A stretch of 64,000 nucleotides of DNA, taken from Octopus sinensis (taxonomy: Eukaryota). The stretch lies in NCBI RefSeq assembly GCF_006345805.1, contig NC_043002.1, positions 77,500,001 to 77,564,000 on the forward strand. Reading direction: 5' to 3'. A program made the position numbers and the translations under genes. Below, piece by piece: positions 52,177 to 64,000 of the stretch. How positions within the stretch are numbered: the first letter of the stretch is position 1; every line of letters begins with the position of its first letter. Below the pieces are notes generated by a model that did not search any database, was not told the origin of the DNA, and saw only the letters and a program-made list of their open reading frames with translations.

Positions 52177-52618
52177 TATATTAAATTAGAGACAAAACCA
52201 CTATTATGCAATACTTATGTATGCATGTATCTTTTATCTTTTATGTTTTACTTGTTTCAGTTTTAATAATGAAAGGCAAGGTGTATGATATTGGAAGAAT
52301 ATCGTCTTCTTCCATCATTCTTTTTGTTCTTTAAGTAGTTCAGGCTTCCAGCAGGCGAAGAGAAAAAACTTCAAGCACAAATGCTATTTACAGCTGGTTT
52401 ATTTACAAGAAAGGTGAAGTGTGTTGCTCTCAGCTACTATCTTAAGCTCCGATAGTGTGGGCGCATTGCCTCTTGAGATAGTCAGGCAGAAAGCCATAGC
52501 CAGTGGTGTTGTTCAGCCAGTGCTGCTGTGTTGTGACGCCAAAGAAGAGGCAGGTCCGAATCGGTTTTCCGTTTTTATAGTTTCCATCGCAAGCCTCAGC
52601 GTAATCTCGCACATGGCA
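51542..52618. repeat. Local inverted duplication, arms about 405 bp
   Basis: 51542-51950 vs 52214-52618; I count about 11 substitutions. Confidence 0.95.
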
Positions 52619-53516
52619 TATATTATGTGGTTGAGAAGCAAATCAAACAAATATTCCCTAATATTTATTATATATATATATATAGGTGAGAAAGTTGGTG
52701 TGTGAAAGCACGTGGTTGAATATATAGAAAATAGTAAAAAGTGAAAAATTGACTCAAATATATATTTTTTAACCTTTTAAAACAAGCCTTCTGTACTTTT
52801 TTCACTTTTTACTATTTTCTATATATATATATATATATATATTTCGTTTTTGTATTTGGTTAGCAAGATTCTTTATGTGAATTCGTGTGTTGAAGCATAT
52901 TTTATTGTATTTGGGGAGAGTCATTCTCTTTTAGTGCCTTATTAATTTAATACACTCACTGATCTGATTTCCACTCATTTACTTATTTATTTTTGCTAAA
53001 ATTTTCGTTGGATCTGGCAACCTCTTCAATAGTCATTGACTCTATCCATTATAGGATCTGTGTTCTTTTTTGTTTGTTTGTTTGTTTGTTTGTGCACATG
53101 CATGTGTACGTGCACATACACATATGTATGTATGTGTATGCATGTAGGTGTCTGTGCGTATGCATATATATATATATATATATATATATGTGCATATGTG
53201 CATGTTTGTATGTATATATGTATTCTACATATCCATGTGCCTATGTGTTCATGTTTGTATGTTTTTGTGTGTGTTTGTGTGTGTGTGTGTATGTGTGTAT
53301 GTCTTTGTGTGTATGTCTTTGTGTATATATATATATGTATATATATAATACAAAATGAGAAAATGGAGAAACATACTTAAATCAATCAATCATCAACCAT
53401 CAGATAATACCCAATCAATACTTTATTACACCATTACATAACAGCAAAGACATTATACATAATATATTGTTATATACATAACATTATATACATAATATAT
53501 TGTTATATACATATAT

Positions 53517-54693
53517 ATACATAATATATGTAGCTATGCTACATGGCAGTGAAACATGGGCCGTGACAGCTGAGGACATGCGTAAGCTCGTGAGGAATGA
53601 AGCCAGTATGCTCCGATGGATGTGTAATGTCAGTGTACTTACTCGACAGAGCGTTAGTACCTTGAGAGAAATGTTGTACCTAAGAAGCATCAGTTGTAGT
53701 GTGCAAGAGAGACGATTGCGCTGGTATGGTCATGTGGCGAGAATGGATGAAGATAGGTGTGTGAGAAAGTGCCAATCCCTAGCAGTTGAGGGAACCCGTG
53801 GAAGAGGTAGACCCAGGAAAACCTGGGACGAGGTGGTGAAGCACGACCTTCGGACGTTAGGTCTCACCATGGAAATGACTAGAGACCGAGACCTATGGAA
53901 GTATGCTGTGCGTGAGAAGACCCGGCAAGACTAGTGAAGCCATATCCCGTGGCCCCTACCTGGGACGTAGTCAGTCCACCTGTGCATACCTTCCTTATTG
54001 TGACACTTGAGAAGACCTGTTGAGGCAAGTGAAAATCAAAATCAAAATCAAAACCAAATCAAAATAGATGTACATCAATGGAATTTGTATCCTATTTGTA
54101 TCCTTTTATGGTACCAGTGCCGGTGGCACATAAGAAAACTATCTGAACGTGACCGTAGCCAGTACCGCATCGACTGGCCTCCGTGCTGAGGGCACGTAAC
54201 AAACACCATCCGAGCGTGGCCGTTCGCCAGCCTCGTCTGGCACCTGTGCCGGTGACACATAAGAAAACACCATCCGAGCGTGGCCGTCTGCCAGCCTCGT
54301 CTGGCACCTGTGTCGGTGGCACATAAAAAACACCATCCGAGCGTGGCCGTCTGCCAGCCTCGTCTGGCACCTGTGTCGGTGGCACATAAAAAACACCATC
54401 CGAGCGTGGCCGTCTGCCAGCCTCGTCTGGCACCTGTGTCGGTGGCACATAAAAAACACCATCCGAGCGTGGCCGTCTGCCAGCCTCGTCTGGCGTCTGT
54501 GTCGGTGGCACATAAAATCACCCACTACACTCTCGGAGTGGTTGGCGTTAGGAAGGGCATCCATCTGTAGAAACACTGCCAGATCTGACTGGCCTGGTGC
54601 AGCCTTCGGGCTTGCCAGACCCCAGTTGAACCGTCCAACCCATGCTAGCATGGAAAGCGGACGTTAAACGATGATGATGATGATGATGATGAT
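53517..54693 (+). mobile_element. 5'-truncated young RTE LINE with a 63-bp x5 array in its 3' UTR
   Basis: MLHGSETW..RLRWYGHVARM..GRGRPRKTWDEVVK; stop at 53932-53934; units at 54204, 54268, 54331, 54394 and 54457; (GAT)n tail. Confidence 0.95.
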
Positions 54694-54741
54694 TGTAAAT
54701 ATAACTAGACATGGAAATAGAAATATAAAATACAATTACAT

Positions 54742-54860
54742 CATATCTGACAGCTGTTTCGGCCGTGAGGACAAGTATGTCTCATTTAACCTATTAGCCA
54801 TATAAAGCAGGTATAAATGAGACATTAACAAGGATGTCTCACGGCCTCTTCAGAGAATTT
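54742..54860 (-). ncRNA. Type I hammerhead ribozyme candidate with greatly extended helix II
   Basis: CUGAAGA (plus 54847-54853); helix II GGCCGUGAG/CUCACGGCC, 9 bp, with a nested 12-bp stem; GAAA (54757-54760); ACAGCUGU palindrome; GUC cleavage between 54749 and 54748. Confidence 0.65.
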
Positions 54861-56066
54861 AATATAAGTGTGGAAAAAATTTACATATAAATATAAAAAT
54901 ATAAAATATAAAAATGTGTGCATAGACACTCATAATTCTACACATATATATATACACATTAATACAATAATACAATATAAACAAAATATATCAGTATACA
55001 TTAACAAACACAGTTATTTTCCATATTGGACTCCTAGTTCCATAACTAACATCAAGGAAATACATGTACACTCACATTTAAATTTAAAGCAGACATATAT
55101 ATATAAAAAAAAACCCCACAAATGTGAGTGTACATGTATTTCCTTGATGTTAGGCTTACAAAGAATAAGTCCTGGGGTTGATTTGCTCGACTAAAGGCAG
55201 TGCTCCAGCATGACCACAGTTAAATGACTGAAACAAATAAAAGAGAGTAAAAGAGTTATATATTTTTTTTTTATATATACAGCGAATGGTTATGGGAGCC
55301 CAGTTGAAAACAATACGAATCAAAGGGGCCCATTCAGCAAAAAAATGGTTGAGAATCACTGCTTGAAAGACTGCCAGACCAGAAACAAAATTTCCATTAT
55401 TTCCCAATGATTTTTATCTGTGACAATAACTTAGATAATTCTACTTTGTTCAACAACAGGCTCTAGATTTTGTTAGTAAATGCTTAAAGGAGAATCTGGA
55501 TAAACTGGGATTTTCAGAAAAAGAAATTTACCAGCTGATTTGTACAAGTCCAATCTGTGAGTGGAACAGTAAATATATGCAAGCCTTTTCTCAAGTTCCA
55601 AATATGAATTTGTCTGTGTTAACTACATCCCAAAGATGGAGCCTTGTATCTTTGTTGGAAACCAGCTCCTTCCTCAGTGAAAGATTTATAATAATTAAAA
55701 AAATGGAAGATACATACATACATACATACATACATACATACATACCTGCATGCATGCATACATGCATACATACATACATACAAACAGATAGACAGACAGA
55801 CACACAGACATAGAGAGAGAGAAAGAGATAGTAATTTCGTGTTTTGCTTAGAAGCAATGCACAGTACCAGAATTTTCAACTCTAGTCATAAACACCAAAC
55901 TTCTCTGAATCCTTGTTAGAATAACCATGTGAGTGGAATCTGTACAGTTTGTGCTGGCATCGAGTTCTATGAATTGGAATAATGAAGTCAAAAGTCAAAA
56001 TATTATTTCATTTGATTTCATTATTACAATTTATATACATACACACACACACACACACACACACAG

Positions 56067-56101
56067 ATAGATAGATAGATAGATAGATAGATATATTGAT
56101 T

Positions 56102-56160
<59 letters not shown>

Positions 56161-56169
56161 GGATAGATG

Positions 56170-56225
<56 letters not shown>
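56067..56225. repeat. (GATA)n microsatellite
   Basis: Read directly from the sequence. Confidence 0.97.
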
Positions 56226-57276
56226 TGCATATATCATCATTATCATCATATATGTGTATATATAACAATATATATATATATATAACAACCTCTTTAAAAA
56301 GAAATAAGTCTGTAAGTTAAGCAAACACTTTCTTAATACAAAGATATGCGTGCATTCTTCATTCTTATATACAAACGGCTTCCATCAATGCAATTCATGA
56401 GAATGAAACTAGAACACGTGTGAACACAAGCCTGTATATTTATATGTCTTCTTAGAAAGAAGAATATACACACATTGCAACCTTTTAAATATGCTGCATG
56501 CATGTACACAAGTAAACATACACGGATTAGCTGAAGGCAAAGGAAAGTTTGTAAATTGAGGACATTTATGTTCGTTTTTCTCTTAGTTTACACTATGATC
56601 TCTTTTAATTTCATCTAGCTTTTGGTAGTCTTCCCTTCAGTGAAACTTGGTCAAGCAGCAGCTGTTTAGAAATGAATTCATTCTGTTATTGTCTCTTTAT
56701 CAGCAGATGGCTGTTAGTCACACCCAAGCAGGTGTGTTTCATTCTTCCTCTGGGATATTTACATTGGCTTTTTGAGGATGGTGGGGGAATTCTTTTGGAA
56801 AAGAAAGTGGGGAATGGGGAAAGTTGATATATGCTATGTGTACCGAAATTCAATACATTAATTTATATATATATATATATATATGTATGTATGCATAAAT
56901 AGTCAATATTTTTCTAGTATATATATTTGTTTTCACTTTTACTATTATATACATTCATGGATATATGTTTGTTTTCTTTTTTGAAATATGGGTGTTTCAG
57001 TGTGTGTGTGTATGTATATATATTTTTGTTTTGGACAATTTAGGAATTCCTATATGTATATGAATGTATGTATATGTATGTATGTATACATGTGTGTGTG
57101 TATTTGTATGTGTGCATGTATGTATATATATATATATGTATGTATAAATATGTATGTATGTATATGCATAACTACATCTCTCTCTCTCTGTATGTATGCA
57201 TGTATGTATGTATGTATGTATGTATGTATGTATATATATATATTATTTAAATATGTATTATGTGTATGCATAACTA

Positions 57277-57315
<39 letters not shown>

Positions 57316-57694
57316 TATATAATATATAAAATATTATTAGAGACAAAACCACTATTTTGGCAAAACAAACAAGGAAAGACTTAATCAATACATAAAATTT
57401 TAATAAATAGTCAAAAAATAATAATATCTAATAATATTTTATATATTTTACTATAAAATTGGATTTAATCTCTAAATCTGATTTTTTCCCGGTAAATTTG
57501 GATTTATTCCCTAATATTTATTATTATATATATATATATATATATTAAAGAGCAATAATAGTCAGTTAATTTAAAAGAATTTACTTGAATATGGTACCTA
57601 ACTTAGATTGCACCAAAAAAAACTATACTGATTTAACAATACAGTAATGTGGGGTGATTTATAAGCGAGAAAGAAGCAACAAGAATGGATAGGT

Positions 57695-57790
57695 TTTTTA
57701 GTACGATCGTTTCATACAAGGACAGGTTTTTTTATTAAAAGTTGCAAAGATTAACAGCATATAAACGAGTCCCGTACTCATCAGCTAAAA
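57695..57790 (-). ncRNA. Type I hammerhead ribozyme (mirror copy)
   Basis: UUUUAG CUGAUGA GUAC..GUAU GAAA CGAUCG UA / CUAAAA on the minus strand. Confidence 0.75.
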
Positions 57791-57982
57791 TACATGTAGT
57801 TCTCTAGACATCCTAGTGTTTGAGGCTATACTCATGAAGTAATGTAGATAATTAAACAGATTTCTAAAGTTCATTAAAGTTCTTTAAAGAACTTTAATGA
57901 ACTTTAGAAATCTGTTTAATTATCTACATTACTTCATGAGTATAGCCTCAAACACTAGGATGTCTCAGAGAACTTACATGTA

Positions 57983-58068
57983 TTTTAGCTGATGAGTACG
58001 ACTCGTTTATTGCTGTATCTTTGCAACTTTAATAAAACCTGTCCTTGTATGAAACGATCGTACTAAAA
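57983..58068 (+). ncRNA. Type I hammerhead ribozyme
   Basis: Helix I UUUUAG/CUAAAA, 6 bp; CUGAUGA 57989-57995; helix II GUAC/GUAU; GAAA 58051-58054; palindrome ACGAUCGU; GUA cleavage after 58062. Confidence 0.8.
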
Positions 58069-58188
58069 ACCTATCCATTCTTGTTGCTTCTTTCTCGCTA
58101 TTATATATATATCTATATATATATATATATATATATACATACACATAAAAATCGTCAGTAAATCATAAATCCAAAATGCAATAGATAA

Positions 58189-58261
58189 TATGGGTTTAGG
58201 GTCTGAAGAAATGTTATAAAGCTAAATGCTTTATGGACATGAAACCGCGGGTAACCCCATA
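58189..58261 (+). ncRNA. Type I hammerhead ribozyme candidate
   Basis: GGGU CUGAAGA (58203-58209) A; helix II AUGU-UAUAAAGC/GCUUUAUG-G-ACAU; GAAA 58241-58244; CCGCGG-GUA cleavage after 58253; ACCC closes helix I. Confidence 0.72.
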
Positions 58262-58282
58262 GACTGGCCATATCTATCTTTA

Positions 58283-58358
<76 letters not shown>

Positions 58359-58539
58359 CGTCCACTCGTGACCGAGGAAGACCACATGTATACATACATA
58401 CATACATACATACATATGTATATATACACACACACATACATACATACATACATACATACATACATACATACATACATACATACATACATACATACATACA
58501 TTCGTACATCTATACATAAGCTTATTCTTTTATGTGCTT

Positions 58540-60100
58540 CAGCCTAAAAGCTGTGGCTTTGCTGGAGCACCACCAGTTTCATCACCTTTTCAATGACCAT
58601 TCTACAGTACTTGACTTAAGGTGAATGAAGGATTTTGATTTTGCTGTCCTAATTTGAGTTTCTTGCTATGATGTAGGTTCATCTGGGCTCTTGGACTGGA
58701 GAAAGTCAAGGTGCTTCTTGAAAACATCTACCCCCATGCCATGTAGACCTCTCAGGATTTTACGCAAGAAAGCTATAGGCCTTTGAATCCCAAGCTTCCA
58801 TAGTAACTGTTCCTTACTCTAGATGGGATCGGTGGGAGCTTTGGAATAGTGCAGTGGCATCATGTTCTGGAGCTGGTATAAACTCTTGACACAAAAGTTT
58901 GGTATCAGCCTCTCTAGGATATGTATGTCACCACATATCTCTCCCATCTTTGTTCCAGGGAATAGAGTTGCAATTCTTTCACTCTTTCCCTGCAGCTCGA
59001 GTGTTTCACTAATGCAATCTTCTTGATGTAGCGCTACTGAACTGCCTCAAGTTCCACTACTAAATTGACACTGTGGAGTGACCATAGCTGAGAGCAGCAG
59101 TCTAGGTGGCTGAGGACAAATGTCCTCCAAATCACCAACATAGTTTCCTGGTCCCTTGTTCAGAAAGTTCTCAGAATCCAGCCAGCCATTTAACTGCCCA
59201 TTGCCACTATCTTGGTGATATGTATATGAAATGAAGCATTGTTGCTTTTATCAATCTCCAGGTCATGCTCTGTATTTGACTCTGGAATCGCCACTCTTTT
59301 GGTTCAAACTATTTCTTGTTGCAATGAGTTAATACAAGCTTGTTATAACAGAAGGGTTGGAATTTCCAGCATGAAATTGCATTTTGTTTTTTTTTTCCAA
59401 CCTATTTGTGTATGGCATCTAGATCTTTCTGTAGATTAGCATTGAGAACATTCTTGACTTCTTGCAAAAGTAACTCAGCCACTACATACAACAGCAGCCC
59501 CAAGACAGTTCCCTGAGGCACTCCATTCACTATTAATGTCTCCTTGGAGAGAGCTTCACTGGTTGTTACAGCCTGATTTTTGTCTTTTAAAATGTCATGT
59601 AATCATTCTCCCAGTTTTCAAACTATACCATGTCTTTGTAGCTAGTGACATATCATTCCACAATCAACTTTATCAAAGGCCTTTCCAAGGTCAAAATATA
59701 TTCCATTCACATTTGAGTGATTCGTAAGTTGTTTCAACACCCACTCATAATGCTGCAGAAAATGTATAAGGCAGCATCTTCTTGAGCAGAAACCATGCTG
59801 GGTGTCAGGAAACATGTCATTATCTTCAAGGAATGTGATCAGCTTCTGCCTTTATGGATAGGACATATTACACCCTCCTTTAACTTTCTGTTAAGTCTAC
59901 CACCTACAAGGTAGTTTTGGAAGAGGATCTGCAGTGATCTTGTTAAGTCTCCATTGCATTTTTTAGGAGGATGCTGGAAATTCATTAGAGCTAGTGACTG
60001 AGTTTAAGTTCATTTCATCAATGGCTAATACATCAATTTCCTCTGTCTCACTGTCATAGACAGTTACTGTCCCTTCAGTAGAGCTGCAGCATCAACAAAC
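58540..60100 (-). mobile_element. Old degenerate CR1/L2-group LINE
   Basis: GVPQGTVLG at about 59497-59524 and FDLGKAFDKVD at about 59664-59695; many stops. Confidence 0.8.
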
Positions 60101-60262
60101 TTGTCCAGCATATTTATTTGCAAGAATTTCCCTTAATATTTAGGGTACACAGACAAAACTTGTTTAGGAAGAATTTTCTATGTCTGTCACCATTATCTCA
60201 TCTTTCCAAGTTATGTAATATTTTTTATTTGTCTTATACATATGTATGTATGTATAAATACT

Positions 60263-60336
<74 letters not shown>

Positions 60337-60439
60337 TGCACAATACTTCGCTTTTGTAATTTGGTTTGCAAGATTCTTGTGAATTCATGTGGTGAAACAA
60401 ATATTATTGGTGTGATGACTCTCCCAAGACACAACAATA

Positions 60440-60830
<391 letters not shown>

Positions 60831-61951
60831 TATTTTATTTATTACATTATTGTATGACTGAGCACCCTCGCGTTGTTTCGTTTTGTTTCGTTTCTTTCCT
60901 TTCTCCCAGTATGCTTTTATATATTTATATATATATATTTATATATATACTATCCTACCACTCTCAACAACTTTGTTTCTTTATAACTTTCTTAATAATG
61001 TCGTATATAATTATTCTTGTTTTGAAACTTTGCAGAGATATATTGATACATCTCAATGGTGCAGATCACAATTATGGTGATGAAACTGGAAAAAAAAAAA
61101 TATGAATTTTTCCTTTACCTTTCCTTTTTCTAAATCAGGAAGAATAAAAGCAATCCATACCTTTCTTCTTTCTTACCATTCAAAATGCTGCTTGTGACTG
61201 TTACAAAACATAAAAAAAAAGGAAATCTCTGATATTATCTTGATTGATATTATTCATTATCAACATAAAATTAGGAAGCATGATGAAAAATAGTTTCCAA
61301 GTTTATATTTAGCCTACCACAATACAGACTGATATTGTTCACTAATTAAAGCACTAATGAACTAGCCTGCTTCTATACTTACCAAAATTATTCTAGACGA
61401 TATTCTGTTATGTGCTACAGTCTTCTTATCTGACATCTTTTATTTGTTACTTGTTTCAGTCATTAGACTGCGACCACGCTGGGGCACCACCTTGAAGAAT
61501 TTTTATTTGAATGTATCAACCCCAGTAATTATTTTTTTTTTAGAACCTGATACTTATTCTATTGGTTTTTTTTTGCTGAACCACTAAGTTACAGGGGCAT
61601 AAACACACCAGCACCAGTTGTCAAGTAGTGATTGACATGCACCCATATATATATATTTATATATATATATATGTGTGTGTGTATATATATATATATGTAT
61701 ATATATTAATAAAAAGAATTCCAACCTTGTCTGATTTTCACGTTTTATTTACAATCTTATAATGATATATTATAAGATAATATATTATAATTGAATAAAA
61801 TAAAATAAAATGAAATAGTAGAATGTTAAATGTTCATTCTGATTGAACTAGTACTTTCATGCATTGAATTCTGCAATCTTCGGGTTCATGTAGTAGTGTT
61901 GACAGTCATGCTTCACAATTTTTGACTGTAGCAAGATGATTGATTCTGTGC

Positions 61952-62068
61952 TATAAATACAGCTGGGTAGGCTCCAGAGTGCTAGGTGTTGCAAACTGTA
62001 TTCTGACCAATCAGTGTGTAGTATCACTCAATTACTTAAGCTGATTGGTTGGTTGAGCTGATTGGTTT
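61952..62068. promoter_or_regulatory. TATA-like box plus three CCAAT (NF-Y-type) motifs
   Basis: TATAAATA 61952-61959, CCAATCAG 62007-62014, CTGATTGG 62041-62048 and 62058-62065. Confidence 0.35.
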
Positions 62069-62803
62069 AGGCATCACGCTTTGTTGGACATGTCAAGAGT
62101 CCTGTATCTTGACCCTGGCCAAAGCAGCAATTGTTGGGTTATTTTTAGAAATGTTGTAAATATCCTTTGTCAGAGATTTTTATATTTTTATATTTCAATT
62201 GTCATCATCATCATTGTCAGCACCTTAATTATTGTTGCTAGTGGTGATGGTGGTGGCAATAGAACTTTTAACCCTAAATAAGATAATTTTCCTGCTATCT
62301 TCATCTTGATCACCATTAGTATTGTTGTTGTTGTTAGTGGTCATGGTCGTAGCAGTGGAAGTAATACCTCTAAGTATTATTATTATTGCTTATTTAGCTT
62401 GGGTTCGAATTTATCAATAAAATTCTTTTCTCTGATTCTCCTCTCGATTTCACTTGGGCTGTGTAATTTGTAGAACGGAAATATTATATACATTTTCCAG
62501 CCACATGTTGCTAGGTGGTTATTCAAAGGTATCTAATATTAATATTAGGTAAGTTATTTCCGAGTCCACAGGGGAGAGAAGTTCAATTTAGTGGTACTAA
62601 AATGAATTCCTCACTGTATTATATCCAAATATATATAGATAGGTTTAAGAGACAGTCTATATAATGTAAAGTATATGATTTAGAATAAGAATTGAAGGTA
62701 GTTATTTCGATAATTTTAATATTTAGTCCTATATGTACCTATCGTGGATAATGTTGTTCATTGATGCCTGAGTTGCTTGAGGGTGATCCTGTCTCTTAAA
62801 CAT

Positions 62804-62862
<59 letters not shown>

Positions 62863-63394
62863 GACAGGCTTCTTTCAGCTTCTGTCTACCAAATCTACTC
62901 ACAAAGCTCTGGTCAACCTGAGGCTACAGAAGAAGACACTTGCCCAAACTTCCACACAGTGGGACTGAACCATGAACCATGTGGTTGGGAAGCAAGCTTC
63001 TTACCACACAGCCACACCTGCAACATCATTATTTTGTGTAAAGAGAGTGAGCAAGTTATTGGATGATTAAAAAAGATATAGATTGCTCTAGTTTATGAAT
63101 AAAATGAGAATTTTTTTTCTTACTTAAAAATTTATTTTGTCAACATAATTGTTATCTACCATTTTGAAAATGTGTTTCTGCAAAATTTCACTAACAAGTA
63201 GGTATTATTAAGAAAGTTATAAGGAAACAAAGTTGCCAAGTGCTAAGTCATAGTTACACCCATTTTATTTTCGGTGGCCTGGAGGAAGACATTGTACCAA
63301 TGAACTGTAAAGGCCAGACCATTTAAACAATAAAAACAGGTTCACAGTGAGGTGAGGGTAGCTAGCTAGATAAACAGATAGATACAAGGTGATA

Positions 63395-63467
<73 letters not shown>

Positions 63468-64000
63468 CATATACATCATCACCATCATTATCATTTAAGA
63501 TCTGTTTTCCATGCTAGCATGGATTAGTTGGTTTGACTGGAAAAGCTGAAGAGCTGCACTAAGTTCCAGTCTGATTTGGCAGGGTTTCTATGGCCCTTCC
63601 AAATAGCATATATATATATATATAGTGTGCAACTCATCTTCATTTTAAACACCAAACAAGTCATCAACTATCTGAAATGATGACTAGATGATTCTTATTA
63701 TTCTGATGGAGAAACGTAACATATAGATGTAGATATACATATATACACAATACATGTAGGGGTATATTATATACCATACAAGATTCATTTATTGAAGTTA
63801 TCCCACTTTTAAGGATAGTGGAACATTCAGTTGAAGACAGTTGGGAATGACTCCAAATGTGAAGGGTAGGTAATCTCAAAAATCAAGATATAGATTGGGT
63901 CAGTGAGATTAATGTTAGCATTGAACAGCTGTAAGATAACAGCTGCTGAAAAGTATGGGCAGGGTGAAAATTAGGGATTAGGCATGGTGATTAGTAAGGC

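Larger units (their letters stand above)
57661..58104. repeat. Spacer-less palindrome, arms about 220 bp, centre 57885/57886
   Basis: TCTTT|AAAGA centre; the arms differ only by small indels. Confidence 0.95.

Noticed and set aside
52718-52826. Short AT-rich hairpins here and at 55049-55150
   Set aside because: Real inverted repeats of about 30 bp, but with no ribozyme core, TSD or other feature to interpret.
54075-54651. ORFs with 21-aa repeats
   Set aside because: By-product of the 63-bp array in the RTE 3' UTR; open in several frames.

Overview
AT-rich, microsatellite-dense animal genomic DNA with no identifiable host protein-coding gene; it reads as intronic or intergenic. The repeat families suggest an octopus/coleoid genome (inference from recalled repeat sequences, not a search). 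Main contents: a very young, compact 4.25-kb Ty3/Gypsy LTR retrotransposon (1748-6000, minus strand, 276-bp LTRs, GAAAA target duplication); RTE and CR1-group LINE fragments; four mariner relics; a hAT-type MITE; a Helitron 3' end; three tRNA-derived SINE families; several tandem repeats. Two things stand out. (1) The Gypsy element has no TGG-type primer-binding site. The 12 nt abutting its 5' LTR are complementary to the first 12 nt of metazoan tRNA-Phe as I recall it, which suggests priming by a 5' tRNA fragment. (2) Five separate loci carry type I hammerhead ribozyme folds of the Penelope/retrozyme kind. Three sit in large inverted repeats with the ribozymes pointing outward on both strands. 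Many frameshifts and arm-to-arm differences are indel-only, so consensus sequencing error is a real possibility.
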